Positions 1 to 9,246 of a stretch of DNA of 44,077 nt are shown one piece after another (positions within the stretch are counted from its first letter, which is position 1; each line of letters opens with the position of its first letter). A model generated the notes under the pieces. The model did not search any database and was not told the DNA's origin. It worked only from the letters and a program-made list of their open reading frames with translations. This DNA is from Candidatus Rokuibacteriota bacterium (GTDB lineage: Bacteria > Methylomirabilota > Methylomirabilia > Rokubacteriales > CSP1-6). The DNA is taken from contig JACPCX010000181.1 in NCBI GenBank assembly GCA_016184305.1, positions 1 through 44,077 of the forward strand, written 5' to 3'. The position numbers were made by a program, and so were the translations under genes.

Positions 1-1537
1 CGCGGGCGGAGAGGCGGCGGAGGCCCGCGCAGGCCTCCGGGAGCCCCGGGTTGAGCCTCAGCGCCTCGGCGAAGCGGACGGCAGCGCCGCGGTCGCTCCC
101 GGTCCGCGCGTAGAGCTCGGCGATGATGGCGTGGTAGGGCGCCTGATCGAGTGAGAGGCGGAGCGTCTCCTCGTAATGCGCCGCCGCAGCGGCGATCTGT
201 CCCTCCGCGGCGTGGGCTCTCGCGAGATTGGCGTGGGCCGCCCGACTCTCAGGATTGACGGCGACCGCATGGCTCCACAGCGTCACCGAGTCGTGCCACG
301 CGGCCGCCTGCTGCCAGGTCAGCGCGCCGAGCGCGGCGATCCACACGGCGAGCACGACGCGGAGCACGCGGGCCCCCGCCCATTGCCGCGCGGCGGCGCC
401 GCCCACGAGGAGCGCCCACCCGAGGCAGGCCAGGTAGCTGTAGCGGTCGGCGACGACCTGAGGGCCTCCCTGCACGAGCCTCAGCACGGGAAGCAGGATC
501 ACGACGTAGAGGCCCCAGGCGGCGGTGAAGGCCGGCCATCGCCGCCACGTGGTGGCCGCCAGCACGGTGCCCCCGATCACGATCCCGAAGTGCAGCCATG
601 TGACGCCCACGGGGAGCTGGTAGAGCGGCGACAGGTCGACGGGCAGGAGCGTCGCGAGCAGGTAGAAGGCGACCCCGTAGACGCCGATCACCGCCCGCAG
701 CGAGACAGGCAACTGCCGGAGAGAGGGCGTGGTGCCCAGGGGCGCCAGCGCCTGGAAGGCGACGAGCGCGGCCGCTGCGGCCAGCACCACGAACGGGAGC
801 TTCTCGATCCAGACTCGCCGGTAGCGCCAGCCGCGGGGGCCGCCGAGGCGGCGCAGGGGATAGACGTCGAGCACGACCAGGACGACGGGGAGCGTGAGCG
901 TGCTGGCCTTCGCCAGGAGGGCTCCGGCGAAGAGCGCCACCGCGCCCCAGTACCACGCCGCCCGCCGCCTCGCCCCGTCCTCGACCCCCCTCAGGTAGGC
1001 GAGGGCGGCGGCGAGGTAGAGCATCCCCGAGACAACGTCGCGCCGCTCGGTCACCCACGCCACCGACTCGGCGCGGAGCGGATGCACGGCGAACAGGAGC
1101 GCCGCCGCGGCGGCGCCGATCCGCAGGCTCGGCTCGCCGGTTGTCGCGGGGAGGGCCAGGCGGAGGAGGCGCAGGGACAGGAAGTAGAAGAGAAGCGCCG
1201 CGCCCGCATGGAAAAGGAGGCTCGTGAGGTGGTACCCGCGGGAATCCATGCCCCAGAGGTTGTGGTCCAGGCCGAGGGTGAGCCACGTGAGCGGCGTCCA
1301 GTGGCCCATGTGGTACGCCGTGACCATCCACCGGAGCTGCTGCGGGCCGAGCCCCCGATAGTGAATGTTGCGCAGGAAGTTCTCGTCGTCGTCCCAGTTG
1401 ACGAAGCCCGCGTCGAGCACCGGGAGGAAGGCGGCGACGGTGACGAGGACCACCAGACACGGCGCAACCCATCGGATCCAGCGAGCGCATCCAGCGCAGC
1501 CGCCGGCGGACGAGGGTTGCGGATCCGCGGCCATCAT
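1..1537 (-). CDS. TMTC-like GT-C membrane glycosyltransferase with C-terminal TPR repeats (runs off left edge, partial)
   Basis: Own translation; absent from the ORF track because it has no stop in the window. ATG at 1537 overlaps the upstream TGA (ATGA). Motifs GFVNWDDDENF, LWGMDSRGYHLT, HPLRAESVAWVTERRD, ADRYSYL and WHDSVTLWSHA, then TPR-like helices. Paralogous to 1534..3573. Confidence 0.85.
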   Translation of the reverse strand, partial: MMAADPQPSSAGGCAGCARWIRWVAPCLVVLVTVAAFLPVLDAGFVNWDDDENFLRNIHYRGLGPQQLRWMVTAYHMGHWTPLTWLTLGLDHNLWGMDSRGYHLTSLLFHAGAALLFYFLSLRLLRLALPATTGEPSLRIGAAAAALLFAVHPLRAESVAWVTERRDVVSGMLYLAAALAYLRGVEDGARRRAAWYWGAVALFAGALLAKASTLTLPVVLVVLDVYPLRRLGGPRGWRYRRVWIEKLPFVVLAAAAALVAFQALAPLGTTPSLRQLPVSLRAVIGVYGVAFYLLATLLPVDLSPLYQLPVGVTWLHFGIVIGGTVLAATTWRRWPAFTAAWGLYVVILLPVLRLVQGGPQVVADRYSYLACLGWALLVGGAAARQWAGARVLRVVLAVWIAALGALTWQQAAAWHDSVTLWSHAVAVNPESRAAHANLARAHAAEGQIAAAAAHYEETLRLSLDQAPYHAIIAELYARTGSDRGAAVRFAEALRLNPGLPEACAGLRRLSAR

Positions 1538-3573
1538 CCGCGCCCCGGGGCACAGCGCTCGATCTCGGCGGGAGTGACGCCGAGGGCCTGGGCTGCGAGC
1601 CTTGCGTTCTGGCACGCCTCGGGGTAGCCGGGCTGGATGCGCAGGGCCTGGACAAACGCCTCGAGCGCTGCGTCCGGCCGCCGCCGGAGGGCGTAGGTGA
1701 CACCCAGGTTGTTCCAGGCCTCGGCATGCCGGGGCAGCAGGGCGAGACCGGCCCGGTACTGCGCGCCAGCCTCCTCCAGGGCGCCACGCTGCTGGAGCCT
1801 CAGCGCCAGGGCGAAGGCAAGCCGGCCGCGGGCCTCGGGTTGCGTCACCGGCACCTCGGCGATGGCCGCCCGCAGCTCCCAGATCGGGGGTCGCGGCCCG
1901 ATCACGAGCGGAAGGGCGGCGGCGAAGGCGCGCCTTGCCTCGGCGCCGGCGCCCTGGGCCGAGAGCGCCAGGCCGAGCCTGATCCCGGCCACCGCCTGGG
2001 CGGGATCGAGCGCCAGCGCCTCGCGGAAGCGGCGCGCGGCCTCCGCGTGATCGCCTGCGCGCTGCTCGACGACGCCGCTCTCGGTCACGAACCGCGCCCG
2101 GAGCGCTCGGAGGTCGGGCGGCACCCGGTCGAGCGAGCGGCTCCAGTGCTCGCGCGCCTCGGGAAGCCGCCGCTTCTCGACCAGCGCCCAGCCGAGGTAG
2201 AAGACGGGGATGTCGCTCGCGGGCTCCACCCACGCGGCATGGCGCCAGAGGGTCACCGAGTCCTGCCACACTGCGATCTGTCGCGTCGTGAGGGCGATCA
2301 GCCCGATGAGCAGGGCCGCCGCGGCGGCTCCCACGGCGCGGGCCAGCGCCGGAGAGAGCGCCCCCGCGCGGCCGGCCTGCCAGCACCACGCCACGCCCGA
2401 GCCGAGCAGGAGAGCCAGGGGAAGACTCGCCAGGTAGGTGTAACGATCGGCGGCGATCTGCGGGCCGCTGTGGAAGAGCCCGAGGACGGGCATAAGCAGC
2501 GCCACGCAGGAGACCCACGCCACCAGTCCCGCGGGCCACCGGCGGCGCCCGAGGATGACGGCCACCGTGAGGAGGGTGACCGCGCCCGCGGGAATCAGGT
2601 ACCGGGCGCTCCAGGGCAGCACGGGGTGGAACAGCGTGTAGATCGGCGACAGGGGCCACGGCACGAGGGACTTCCAGAGGTAGAAGGCCAGGCCGTATCC
2701 CGTCAGCGCCAGGCGCTGGCCGAGGTCGAGGGTCTCCCGCGAGGCCAGGAGGTGCTCGTTCATCAGGATGCCAAGGCTGACCGCGCTGATCCCGGCGGCC
2801 AGGGCGAGGAAGGGGAGCTTCTCGGCCGCGAGACCCAGGAGCCGCCGCGCCGGTGCCCCCGGCCGCGCGGCGGCGCGGCGGAGCGGGAAGAGATCCAGCG
2901 CCAGGAGGAGCACCGGCAGCCCCACCGCGATGGACTTCGAGAGCAGGGCCAGCGCGAAGCAGCTTACCGCGATCCAGTGCCAACCGCGGTGAAGGCGCCC
3001 CGCCGCGCCCTCGCGCCACGCGCGAAGGTACGCGGCGAGCGTCAGGAGCACGAAGAGCCCGACGACCACGTCGCGGCGCTCGGTCACCCAGGCGACCGAC
3101 TCCACGCGAAGCGGGTGCACGGAGAAGATGAGCGCCGCAACCCCGGCGGCCCAGGCGATCGTCCGGCTCCCCTCACCCCGGCCCTCTCCCCCGGCGGGGG
3201 AGAGGGCCGGGTGAGGGGGCGCGGCGAAGCCGGCGGCCAGGAGGCGGCGCGCGACCGAGTAGAACAGCACGGCGTTGATCGTATGCAGCAACACGGAAGT
3301 GAGGTGATACCCGCGGGGGTCCATGCCCCATAGCACGGAGTCCAGGCCCAGCGTGAGCCACGTCACCGGGATGTAGAGGCCCGAGTGGGTCGCCGTGAAC
3401 ATCCAGCGGATCTGGGTCCAGCCGAGGCCCCGGTAATGCGGGTTGAAGAGGAAGTTCTCGTCGTCGTCCCAGTTGAGGAACTCGCCCTGGAGCGATGGGA
3501 GGAAGGCCAGCAGGGTCACCGTCGCCACGAGCACCCCGGGCAGCCAGCGGGCCACCGCGCGCCACGCTCTCAT
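1534..3573 (-). CDS. TMTC-like GT-C membrane glycosyltransferase with TPR repeats
   Basis: ORF 1534..3579; ATG at 3573 preferred. Motifs NWDDDENF, HPLRVESVAWVTERRD, LLSKSIAV, ADRYTYL and WQDSVTLW, multiple TM segments, TPR motif AEAWNNLG. Confidence 0.88.
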   Translation of the reverse strand: MRAWRAVARWLPGVLVATVTLLAFLPSLQGEFLNWDDDENFLFNPHYRGLGWTQIRWMFTATHSGLYIPVTWLTLGLDSVLWGMDPRGYHLTSVLLHTINAVLFYSVARRLLAAGFAAPPHPALSPAGGEGRGEGSRTIAWAAGVAALIFSVHPLRVESVAWVTERRDVVVGLFVLLTLAAYLRAWREGAAGRLHRGWHWIAVSCFALALLSKSIAVGLPVLLLALDLFPLRRAAARPGAPARRLLGLAAEKLPFLALAAGISAVSLGILMNEHLLASRETLDLGQRLALTGYGLAFYLWKSLVPWPLSPIYTLFHPVLPWSARYLIPAGAVTLLTVAVILGRRRWPAGLVAWVSCVALLMPVLGLFHSGPQIAADRYTYLASLPLALLLGSGVAWCWQAGRAGALSPALARAVGAAAAALLIGLIALTTRQIAVWQDSVTLWRHAAWVEPASDIPVFYLGWALVEKRRLPEAREHWSRSLDRVPPDLRALRARFVTESGVVEQRAGDHAEAARRFREALALDPAQAVAGIRLGLALSAQGAGAEARRAFAAALPLVIGPRPPIWELRAAIAEVPVTQPEARGRLAFALALRLQQRGALEEAGAQYRAGLALLPRHAEAWNNLGVTYALRRRPDAALEAFVQALRIQPGYPEACQNARLAAQALGVTPAEIERCAPGRG
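3169..3218. repeat. Palindromic REP-like element inserted in frame in the glycosyltransferase
   Basis: CCCCTCACCCCGGCCCTCTCCCCC-GGC-GGGGGAGAGGGCCGGGTGAGGGG, encoding PPHPALSPAGGEGRGEG. Same family as 28753..28847. Confidence 0.85.
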
Positions 3574-3591
3574 GGCCACATATTACTTTTG

Positions 3592-3620
3592 TTGACCCTC
3601 CCGTGGCCCAGCGTTAGTAT
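3592..3620 (+). promoter_or_regulatory. Putative sigma70 promoter of the response regulator
   Basis: TTGACC (3592-3597), 17-nt spacer, TAGTAT (3615-3620) in an AT-rich divergent intergenic region. Confidence 0.55.
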
Positions 3621-3665
3621 GCGAAAAAGCTGACCGGCGGCCGGCTCGGCCCGGCGAGGGGTGGA

Positions 3666-4043
3666 ATGAGCACGGGGAAGGTGCTGATCGTGGACGACGA
3701 GCTGGAAGTCCGGCAGATCCTCCAGGAATTTCTCGCCCACAAGGGGTACGAGGTCCACGCGGCGGAGAGTGGCCCCGAGGCGCTGAACGCACTGGACATC
3801 TTCAAGCCGGATGTGGTCCTGCTCGACGTCTCCATGCCCGAGATGGACGGGGTCGAGACGCTCAAGCGCATCGTGGCCCTGCAGCCGACGCTGCCGATCA
3901 TCATGGTCACGGCCAACGCCGACGTCGGCATCACCTCCAAGCTCCTCGGCCTGGGCGCGGCCGACTACATCCCCAAGCCCTTCGATCTCGAGTACCTCGA
4001 TCAGGCGGTGAGCATCCAGGTCTCCGCAGCCCAGGACCGCTAG
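3666..4043 (+). CDS. Single-domain response regulator (receiver only)
   Basis: VLIVDDE, VLLDVSMPEMDG, IIMVTA and DYIPKPF receiver motifs; 125 aa. Confidence 0.93.
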   Translation: MSTGKVLIVDDELEVRQILQEFLAHKGYEVHAAESGPEALNALDIFKPDVVLLDVSMPEMDGVETLKRIVALQPTLPIIMVTANADVGITSKLLGLGAADYIPKPFDLEYLDQAVSIQVSAAQDR

Positions 4044-4050
4044 CGCCACT

Positions 4051-4551
4051 GTGGTCCGCTGGCGCTGTCTCGTCCTGCTCCTCGCCACGCTCGTCGCGGC
4101 CGGCTGTCTTCTCACCGGGCGCCAGGACGATGTGCAGCGCGCCACCGAGGGCGCCACGGCCGACGAGCTCTACATGGTCCGGTTCGTCCGGGGGTACGGC
4201 AGGCTGCCGACCTTCGACGAGTCCCAGAAGTTCCGCGACGAGCTGGACCAGCGGGTGGCTGACTACCTCAACAAGCACTCCGAGGTTGGCTCCTCCCCGC
4301 GCGCCAGCCAGTTCCGCTTCCACCGCCGCGTGTCCGTGGGCATGACGAAGGACGAGGTCACCCTGCTGGCGGGACCCCCGGATGGCACCACCCAGGACGA
4401 GGCCGTCATGAAAACCGCTGCCAAGAAGTTCTGGCCGGCCATCCAGCCCCGCGCCAAGGAGATGTGGATCTACCCCGGCGGCTGGCAGTTTTATTTCGAC
4501 GGCGACCGGCTGGCGGACGTCACGGTGGCCGGCAAGCCTCCGCTCGAATAG
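4051..4551 (+). CDS. Putative lipoprotein with SmpA/OmlA (BamE)-like domain
   Basis: Signal peptide with lipobox LVAAG-C; VSVGMTKDEVTLLAGPP...EMWIY pattern. Confidence 0.65.
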   Translation: MVRWRCLVLLLATLVAAGCLLTGRQDDVQRATEGATADELYMVRFVRGYGRLPTFDESQKFRDELDQRVADYLNKHSEVGSSPRASQFRFHRRVSVGMTKDEVTLLAGPPDGTTQDEAVMKTAAKKFWPAIQPRAKEMWIYPGGWQFYFDGDRLADVTVAGKPPLE

Positions 4552-4555
4552 CGCC

Positions 4556-6331
4556 TCACCCCTGGCGCTCCCCCAGCACCGTGTAGATCCTCACGGGCAC
4601 TTCCTTGCCCTTCACGGTGACCTCGCCGAGATCGCGCGTGTCGAAGAGGTCCTGCACCTCGCGGTAGGTCGCCTCGCTGATGATGATGGACACGCCGAAG
4701 TCCTTGGTCACGCCCTCCAGCCGCGAGCCGAGGTTGATGGTGTCGCCGATGGCCGTGTACTCGAGGCGCTGCGCGGAGCCCAGCGTGCCCACCACGGCCT
4801 CGCCGGTGTTGATGCCCACGCCGCAGCGGAGACTGCCGCCGTGCTTGGCGGTGAACCGCTCGGCCAGCGGGCCGAGGCGCCGCTGGAACTCGAGCGCCGT
4901 GCGCACGGCCTGCGCGGCGTGGTCGGGGGCCTCGAAGGGCACGTTGTAGAGCGCCATGATCGCGTCCCCGATGTACTTGTCCACGGTGCCGCCGTACTTG
5001 AACACGGCGTCGGTCATGACGGTCAGATACTCGCGGAGGAAGGCCACCACCTCCTCCGGGGGCAACCGCTCGGACAGGGCGGTGAAGCCCCGGATGTCGG
5101 AGAAGAGCACGGTCAGGAGCCGGCGCGCCGAGCCCAGGGCGTCGTCTCCGTCCTGGGACCTCACGATCTCCCGCACCACGGCCGGCGAGAAGAAGCGCGA
5201 CAGGCGCCGCTTCTCGCGCTGCTCCCGGACGAAGTTCCTCGCCTCCTTGCCGAGGTAGCCGAAGACCAGCGCCAGCGGCACCGGGACCACGTCGGCCCAG
5301 TAGCGTTCGAGCACGAACGCGCCGTGGCAGGCCGCCAGGTAGCCGCCCATAACGGCGCCCACCACGGCCGCGGCCTGCAGCGGCCGTAGCGTCCCGGCCG
5401 CCCACACCGCCAGCGCGCCGGCCAGAACGGCGAGCACGCTGGCGATGCCGGGCAGCGCGCGCCGGATCGGCGTCCCCTGAAGCAGGGTCTCGAGCATGTT
5501 GGCGTGGATCTCCACGCCGGGCATATTGCCTCCGGGGGCGAAGGGGGTGGGGAACACATCGTGCAGGATGATGGAGGTGGCGCCGACCAGGACGATCTTC
5601 CCGGCGAAGGTCTCGGGGGGCAGCTCGCCGGAGACGACCCGGTGGTACGGGACGGCGGCGAAGGTGCGGGGACCGCCACTGAAGTTGATCAGCACGGGCG
5701 TCCTGCGCGGCAGCCTGGCGGCGGCGACGCCGGCATTCTGCGCCAGGCGATAGAGCCGCAGGTCGAACCCTTCGAGCGGCCGATCCTGAAAGGCGCGGGT
5801 CAGCGCGCCGCGGCGCACGAAGGCATCGGCGTCGATCTCGAAGTTCACGAAGCCGAAGCCCGCGGCGCCGTCCCGGATCGGCCGGATGGGCGGGTTGAGG
5901 TCTTCCTTCACGAAGCCCGCCTCCTTCACCACCGTCAGCGCGGCGCCCAGCACCACGTTGCCGGCCCGCGCCACGGCTTGCGCCAGCGCCTCGTCATCGG
6001 CGGGACCGCGGGAGGAGGGCTCGGCGAAGACCAGATCCAGGCCGATGGCGGCGGGCCGGGCGGCGCTCAGCCGATCCAGGAGCTGGGCGTGCAGCTCCCG
6101 CGGCCACGGCCAGGCCAGGTTCAGCTCGTCGAAGGAGTCCTCGTCGATGGTGACGATCACGATGGGAGAGACCGGGTCACGGCCTCCGCGGATGGCGAAC
6201 TGGGTGTCGAGGGCCTTGAGCTCGGCCACCTCGAATACGCCGAAGGGATCGACCCACGAGGCCAGCGCCACGCCGAGCCCGACGAGGGCCCCCGCCAGCA
6301 GGAGACGTCCGGATGGGCCGAGGAAGCTCAT
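4556..6331 (-). CDS. CHASE2-domain class III adenylate cyclase
   Basis: Start trimmed to MSFLGP (ATG 6331). CHASE2 motifs IVIVTIDE, WPWPRELHA, KIVLVG and MPGVEIHAN; three TM helices; cyclase motifs LFSDIRGFT, DKYIGDA and EYTAIGDTINLGSRLE (K/T ATP-specifying pattern). Confidence 0.93.
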   Translation of the reverse strand: MSFLGPSGRLLLAGALVGLGVALASWVDPFGVFEVAELKALDTQFAIRGGRDPVSPIVIVTIDEDSFDELNLAWPWPRELHAQLLDRLSAARPAAIGLDLVFAEPSSRGPADDEALAQAVARAGNVVLGAALTVVKEAGFVKEDLNPPIRPIRDGAAGFGFVNFEIDADAFVRRGALTRAFQDRPLEGFDLRLYRLAQNAGVAAARLPRRTPVLINFSGGPRTFAAVPYHRVVSGELPPETFAGKIVLVGATSIILHDVFPTPFAPGGNMPGVEIHANMLETLLQGTPIRRALPGIASVLAVLAGALAVWAAGTLRPLQAAAVVGAVMGGYLAACHGAFVLERYWADVVPVPLALVFGYLGKEARNFVREQREKRRLSRFFSPAVVREIVRSQDGDDALGSARRLLTVLFSDIRGFTALSERLPPEEVVAFLREYLTVMTDAVFKYGGTVDKYIGDAIMALYNVPFEAPDHAAQAVRTALEFQRRLGPLAERFTAKHGGSLRCGVGINTGEAVVGTLGSAQRLEYTAIGDTINLGSRLEGVTKDFGVSIIISEATYREVQDLFDTRDLGEVTVKGKEVPVRIYTVLGERQG

Positions 6332-6400
6332 CGGGTCGAGCCTAGCACGCCCCGAGGGGGCACCCAATCGGCTCCGGTCGGCCTCGCCGGATGTCGGTGT

Positions 6401-6416
6401 CGGTACGGGACTTGCT
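6401..6416 (+). promoter_or_regulatory. Putative sigma54 (-24/-12) promoter
   Basis: CGGTACG-GGAC-TTGCT with GG-N10-GC spacing, 75 nt upstream of ATG 6491. Confidence 0.6.
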
Positions 6417-6490
6417 AGAGTTTGTTGCAGCGGCTCCTGGGGCGCTACACTGGCGCGGACAGGATCGGCGATCAAGCGAAAGGAGATCCC

Positions 6491-6877
6491 ATGAGATTTC
6501 GGACTTTCGCCGTGTGGACGGGGGGCCTTGCCCTGCTCGGATGGGCCGGGTACACGGCCGTCTCCGCCTCCTCCGCCTACCTCGCCGCGCGGGAGATGAC
6601 GGACCAGGTGCTCCAGGACGTGACGCCGAGGGTCAGAGGCGCTGCCGCGGCAGGGGACCCGCGGCCCTTTGACGACATCGTGGACGATGTCCGCCAGACC
6701 CTGCTGATAAGGGCCCGGCGCCTCGCGATCCCGATCGGCGAGCGGGACGTCGCCGTCCTGTCGTCCAGGAGAGGGCTCACCGTCGAGCTCAGATGGCATC
6801 TCCCCGTCCTTGCCTACCGTGGGGACGTACTCCTGATGATCCCGATGTCCCTGGAGCGGTCCGTGTCAGTCCCCTGA
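6491..6877 (+). CDS. Small membrane-anchored pilin-like protein (DUF4845-like)
   Basis: AAGGAG RBS, N-terminal hydrophobic helix, helical segment, then beta-strand-like C-terminus (GLTVELRW...IPMSLERS). Family assignment by pattern recognition only. Confidence 0.55.
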   Translation: MRFRTFAVWTGGLALLGWAGYTAVSASSAYLAAREMTDQVLQDVTPRVRGAAAAGDPRPFDDIVDDVRQTLLIRARRLAIPIGERDVAVLSSRRGLTVELRWHLPVLAYRGDVLLMIPMSLERSVSVP

Positions 6878-7051
6878 GCGCTGTTGAGACCCGGGATTCT
6901 GATGATGGAGGGTCGGCCGCGCCTCTACCCGGTCAGGCCCGAGCGTAGCCGGGCACGGGAATTGGGGCCCTGGCTCGGTGATACAGGGTGTGGACGAGGC
7001 CGAGGGTAAGGCGGTCATGGGTAGATCCGGCAGAACCCTGCCCATAAGGGC

Positions 7052-7378
7052 ATGGCGGACCACGTGCTGCAGCGGGCGGCCTCGAGGGTGAAGGCGGGCG
7101 CCGCCTCGGGGGGCCAGCAGTCCCTCGACGATCTCGTGGCCGACATCCGGCTCGACCTTCTGGTCCGGGCCCGCCGCTACGGCCTTCTGCTCGACGAGCC
7201 GAACCTCACCCTCCTGCCCGCCGGTGGAGGGCTCACCGTCAAGCTCAACTGGTCACATCCAGCCCGCATCTATCGTGGAGACGCGCTCCTGGTCATCCCG
7301 ATGTCCATCGAGCGCTCCCTGTGCGCCCCTACCCCACCAGGCGCCGCCTGTCAACGGACTTCTGAGAGCGGGCACTAG
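7052..7378 (+). pseudogene. N-terminally truncated paralogue of 6491..6877
   Basis: MADHVLQ/MTDQVLQ, LDDLVADIR/FDDIVDDVR, GLTVKLNW/GLTVELRW and YRGDALLVIPMSIERS/YRGDVLLMIPMSLERS. An in-frame TAG at 7022-7024 precludes the N-terminal TM helix. Confidence 0.65.
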
Positions 7379-9235
7379 CTGCACGCCGGGTTCCGGCACT
7401 CGAACCAGTCGTAGAAGCTGCTGAAGGTCTCGCTGGCGCCCGTGGGCAACCCGGGCGGGATCAGGCTCGAGTTCGTCCGCAGCCGCGTCTCGTAGTTGAT
7501 CGTCATCTGGTAATGGGTGATCTTCCGAGTGCCGCCCACACAACCCCCCGCCCCGGTCCCGCAATCGGAAAACGCGGGAATCGAGGTGTCGGGGATGACC
7601 TTGCCGTCGGCGTCCTGGGCGGGCTTGCCGGCGGCCATGACGAGGAATCGCCAGCAACCTGCCGCCGAGCCGCAACTCGTGTCGCTCCTGTAGAAGACCA
7701 CCGGCCGGCAACCCGTGGTCCCGGCGGGGCAGGTCCCGTTGCTGTCGGTCGGGTTCGCGAAGTCGCGGAACACCGCGATCTGGCGGTTGGCCAGCATCGT
7801 GCCGTTCAGCGTCACGGCGTTCTCCGGTGTCTTGGAGCGGCCCAGGTTGTCTCCCGAACTGCGGGTCGCCGAACCAGATGTCCTGCCTGGCCACGAGCCC
7901 GATCAGGTCCGCCGTGAGCGGGTTGGTGTCGGCGTTGCCCCCCTTATAGATCATGTTGTCGGAGAGGATCACGTCCCGCGTGGCGACCATGGTGGCCCGG
8001 CCGTCGATGGCGAAGCCGTAGGAGTCATAGGTGCTGAACCGGACATTGCCGTCGCCCAGGAAGATCGGCGGCTGGCTGGAGATGTTGAAGTTGATCCGCC
8101 GCTGCGCCCCCTTCTCGACCCTCTTGGGAGACGCGAACTGCTCGCCCGTGTAGGCGCCGTCGAAGTAGTAGTCGTCCCCGGGAGTGCCGGTGACCTCCAC
8201 CGAGCGGTCGGAGGGGTTCTTCTTGAGCCCGAGGGGCTGGAGCGTGCAGTAGAGCTTGCAGTTGCCTGTGGGAGAGCCGCCGCAGCCACAGCCAGAGGGC
8301 GACCGGAGGCTCCCGTCGGCGTTGGCGCCGAGGCCGAGCGTGGGGTCGAAGATCGCTGCCAGGTTGTAGACCGGGCTTCCCTTGTAGATTCCCTCCATGC
8401 TGCCCCCGGCCAGGGGATCACTCCCGGTCACTCCGACGGCGCCCTTCAGCGCCGAGACATAGACGGGGACATCTGGGGTGGGGATGTCCGGCTGCAGCCC
8501 TGTCTTGAGCGCCTCGTTCTGCGGGAAGGCGGCGTCGCCCTGGGGGTTGTTCACGATGTCGCTCGTACCCAGGAGCTGCGAGATCGTGGGCCGGCTGTCG
8601 GTGCAGTCGGAGAGGACCGTCAGGCAGTTCACCTTCACGTCGGTGGGAGACCCTGGGGTCCCCAGGAAGACATTCCCCTTGACGAACATGTCGCCGTTCA
8701 CGAGATCCGCTCCCCCGGGCCCCGATCCCGGCACCGCCCCTGTCCCCCTGAGGATCAGGTCGCCGTTGTTGGCCACGGCCGCGTACTGGAAGGTGGGGGC
8801 CAGGAAGGCGAGCGTCACGCGCAGCACCCGCTGGGTGTCGCCGGCCGTGGGGGGCGAGAGGGTGGCGGTCATGTACTTCTCCCCGGATGTGGGGCCGTCG
8901 CTGGAGACCACGGTCCTCGCGTAACCGGCGCCTCCGACGTTGACCGTGTCGGAGGTCAGGGTGACCGTGGTGCCCGCGGCTGCGCCCGTGATCGACGAGA
9001 TCAGCGCGGTGCGCCGCAGGGGGTCGTTCAGCTCGACGATCTTGGTGCTGAGAGCGGCCTCGGCTTGATAGAGCGCCTGGGTGGAGGCGACGTCCTGGGT
9101 CACCAGCACCCCCTCGATCCTGGCCAGGTCGAACAGCGCCAGCCCGAGGAAGGTCAGGATCGTCACGAGGACGAGTCCCGCCAGGAAGATGCTGCCCCGC
9201 TCGTTCCCGAAGGTGAGATGCCACGATCGTCGCAT
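7375..9235 (-). pseudogene. Large PilX/GspK-like minor pilin with Cys-rich C-terminal domain, frameshifted by a 59-bp deletion at 7851/7852
   Basis: ATG 9235 with GAGGAG RBS; prepilin site NERG|SIFLAGLVLV lacking E5; STQALYQAEAAL PilX-N-like motif. The frame breaks after DIWFGDPQFG and the C-terminus continues in ORF 7375..7815. Confidence 0.8.
7852..7882 (-). repeat. Left copy of 31-bp near-identical inverted block
   Basis: Minus strand GACATCTGGTTCGGCGACCCGCAGTTCGGGA matches plus-strand 10930..10960 at 29/31. Confidence 0.9.
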
Positions 9236-9246
9236 GATCGGTCTCC

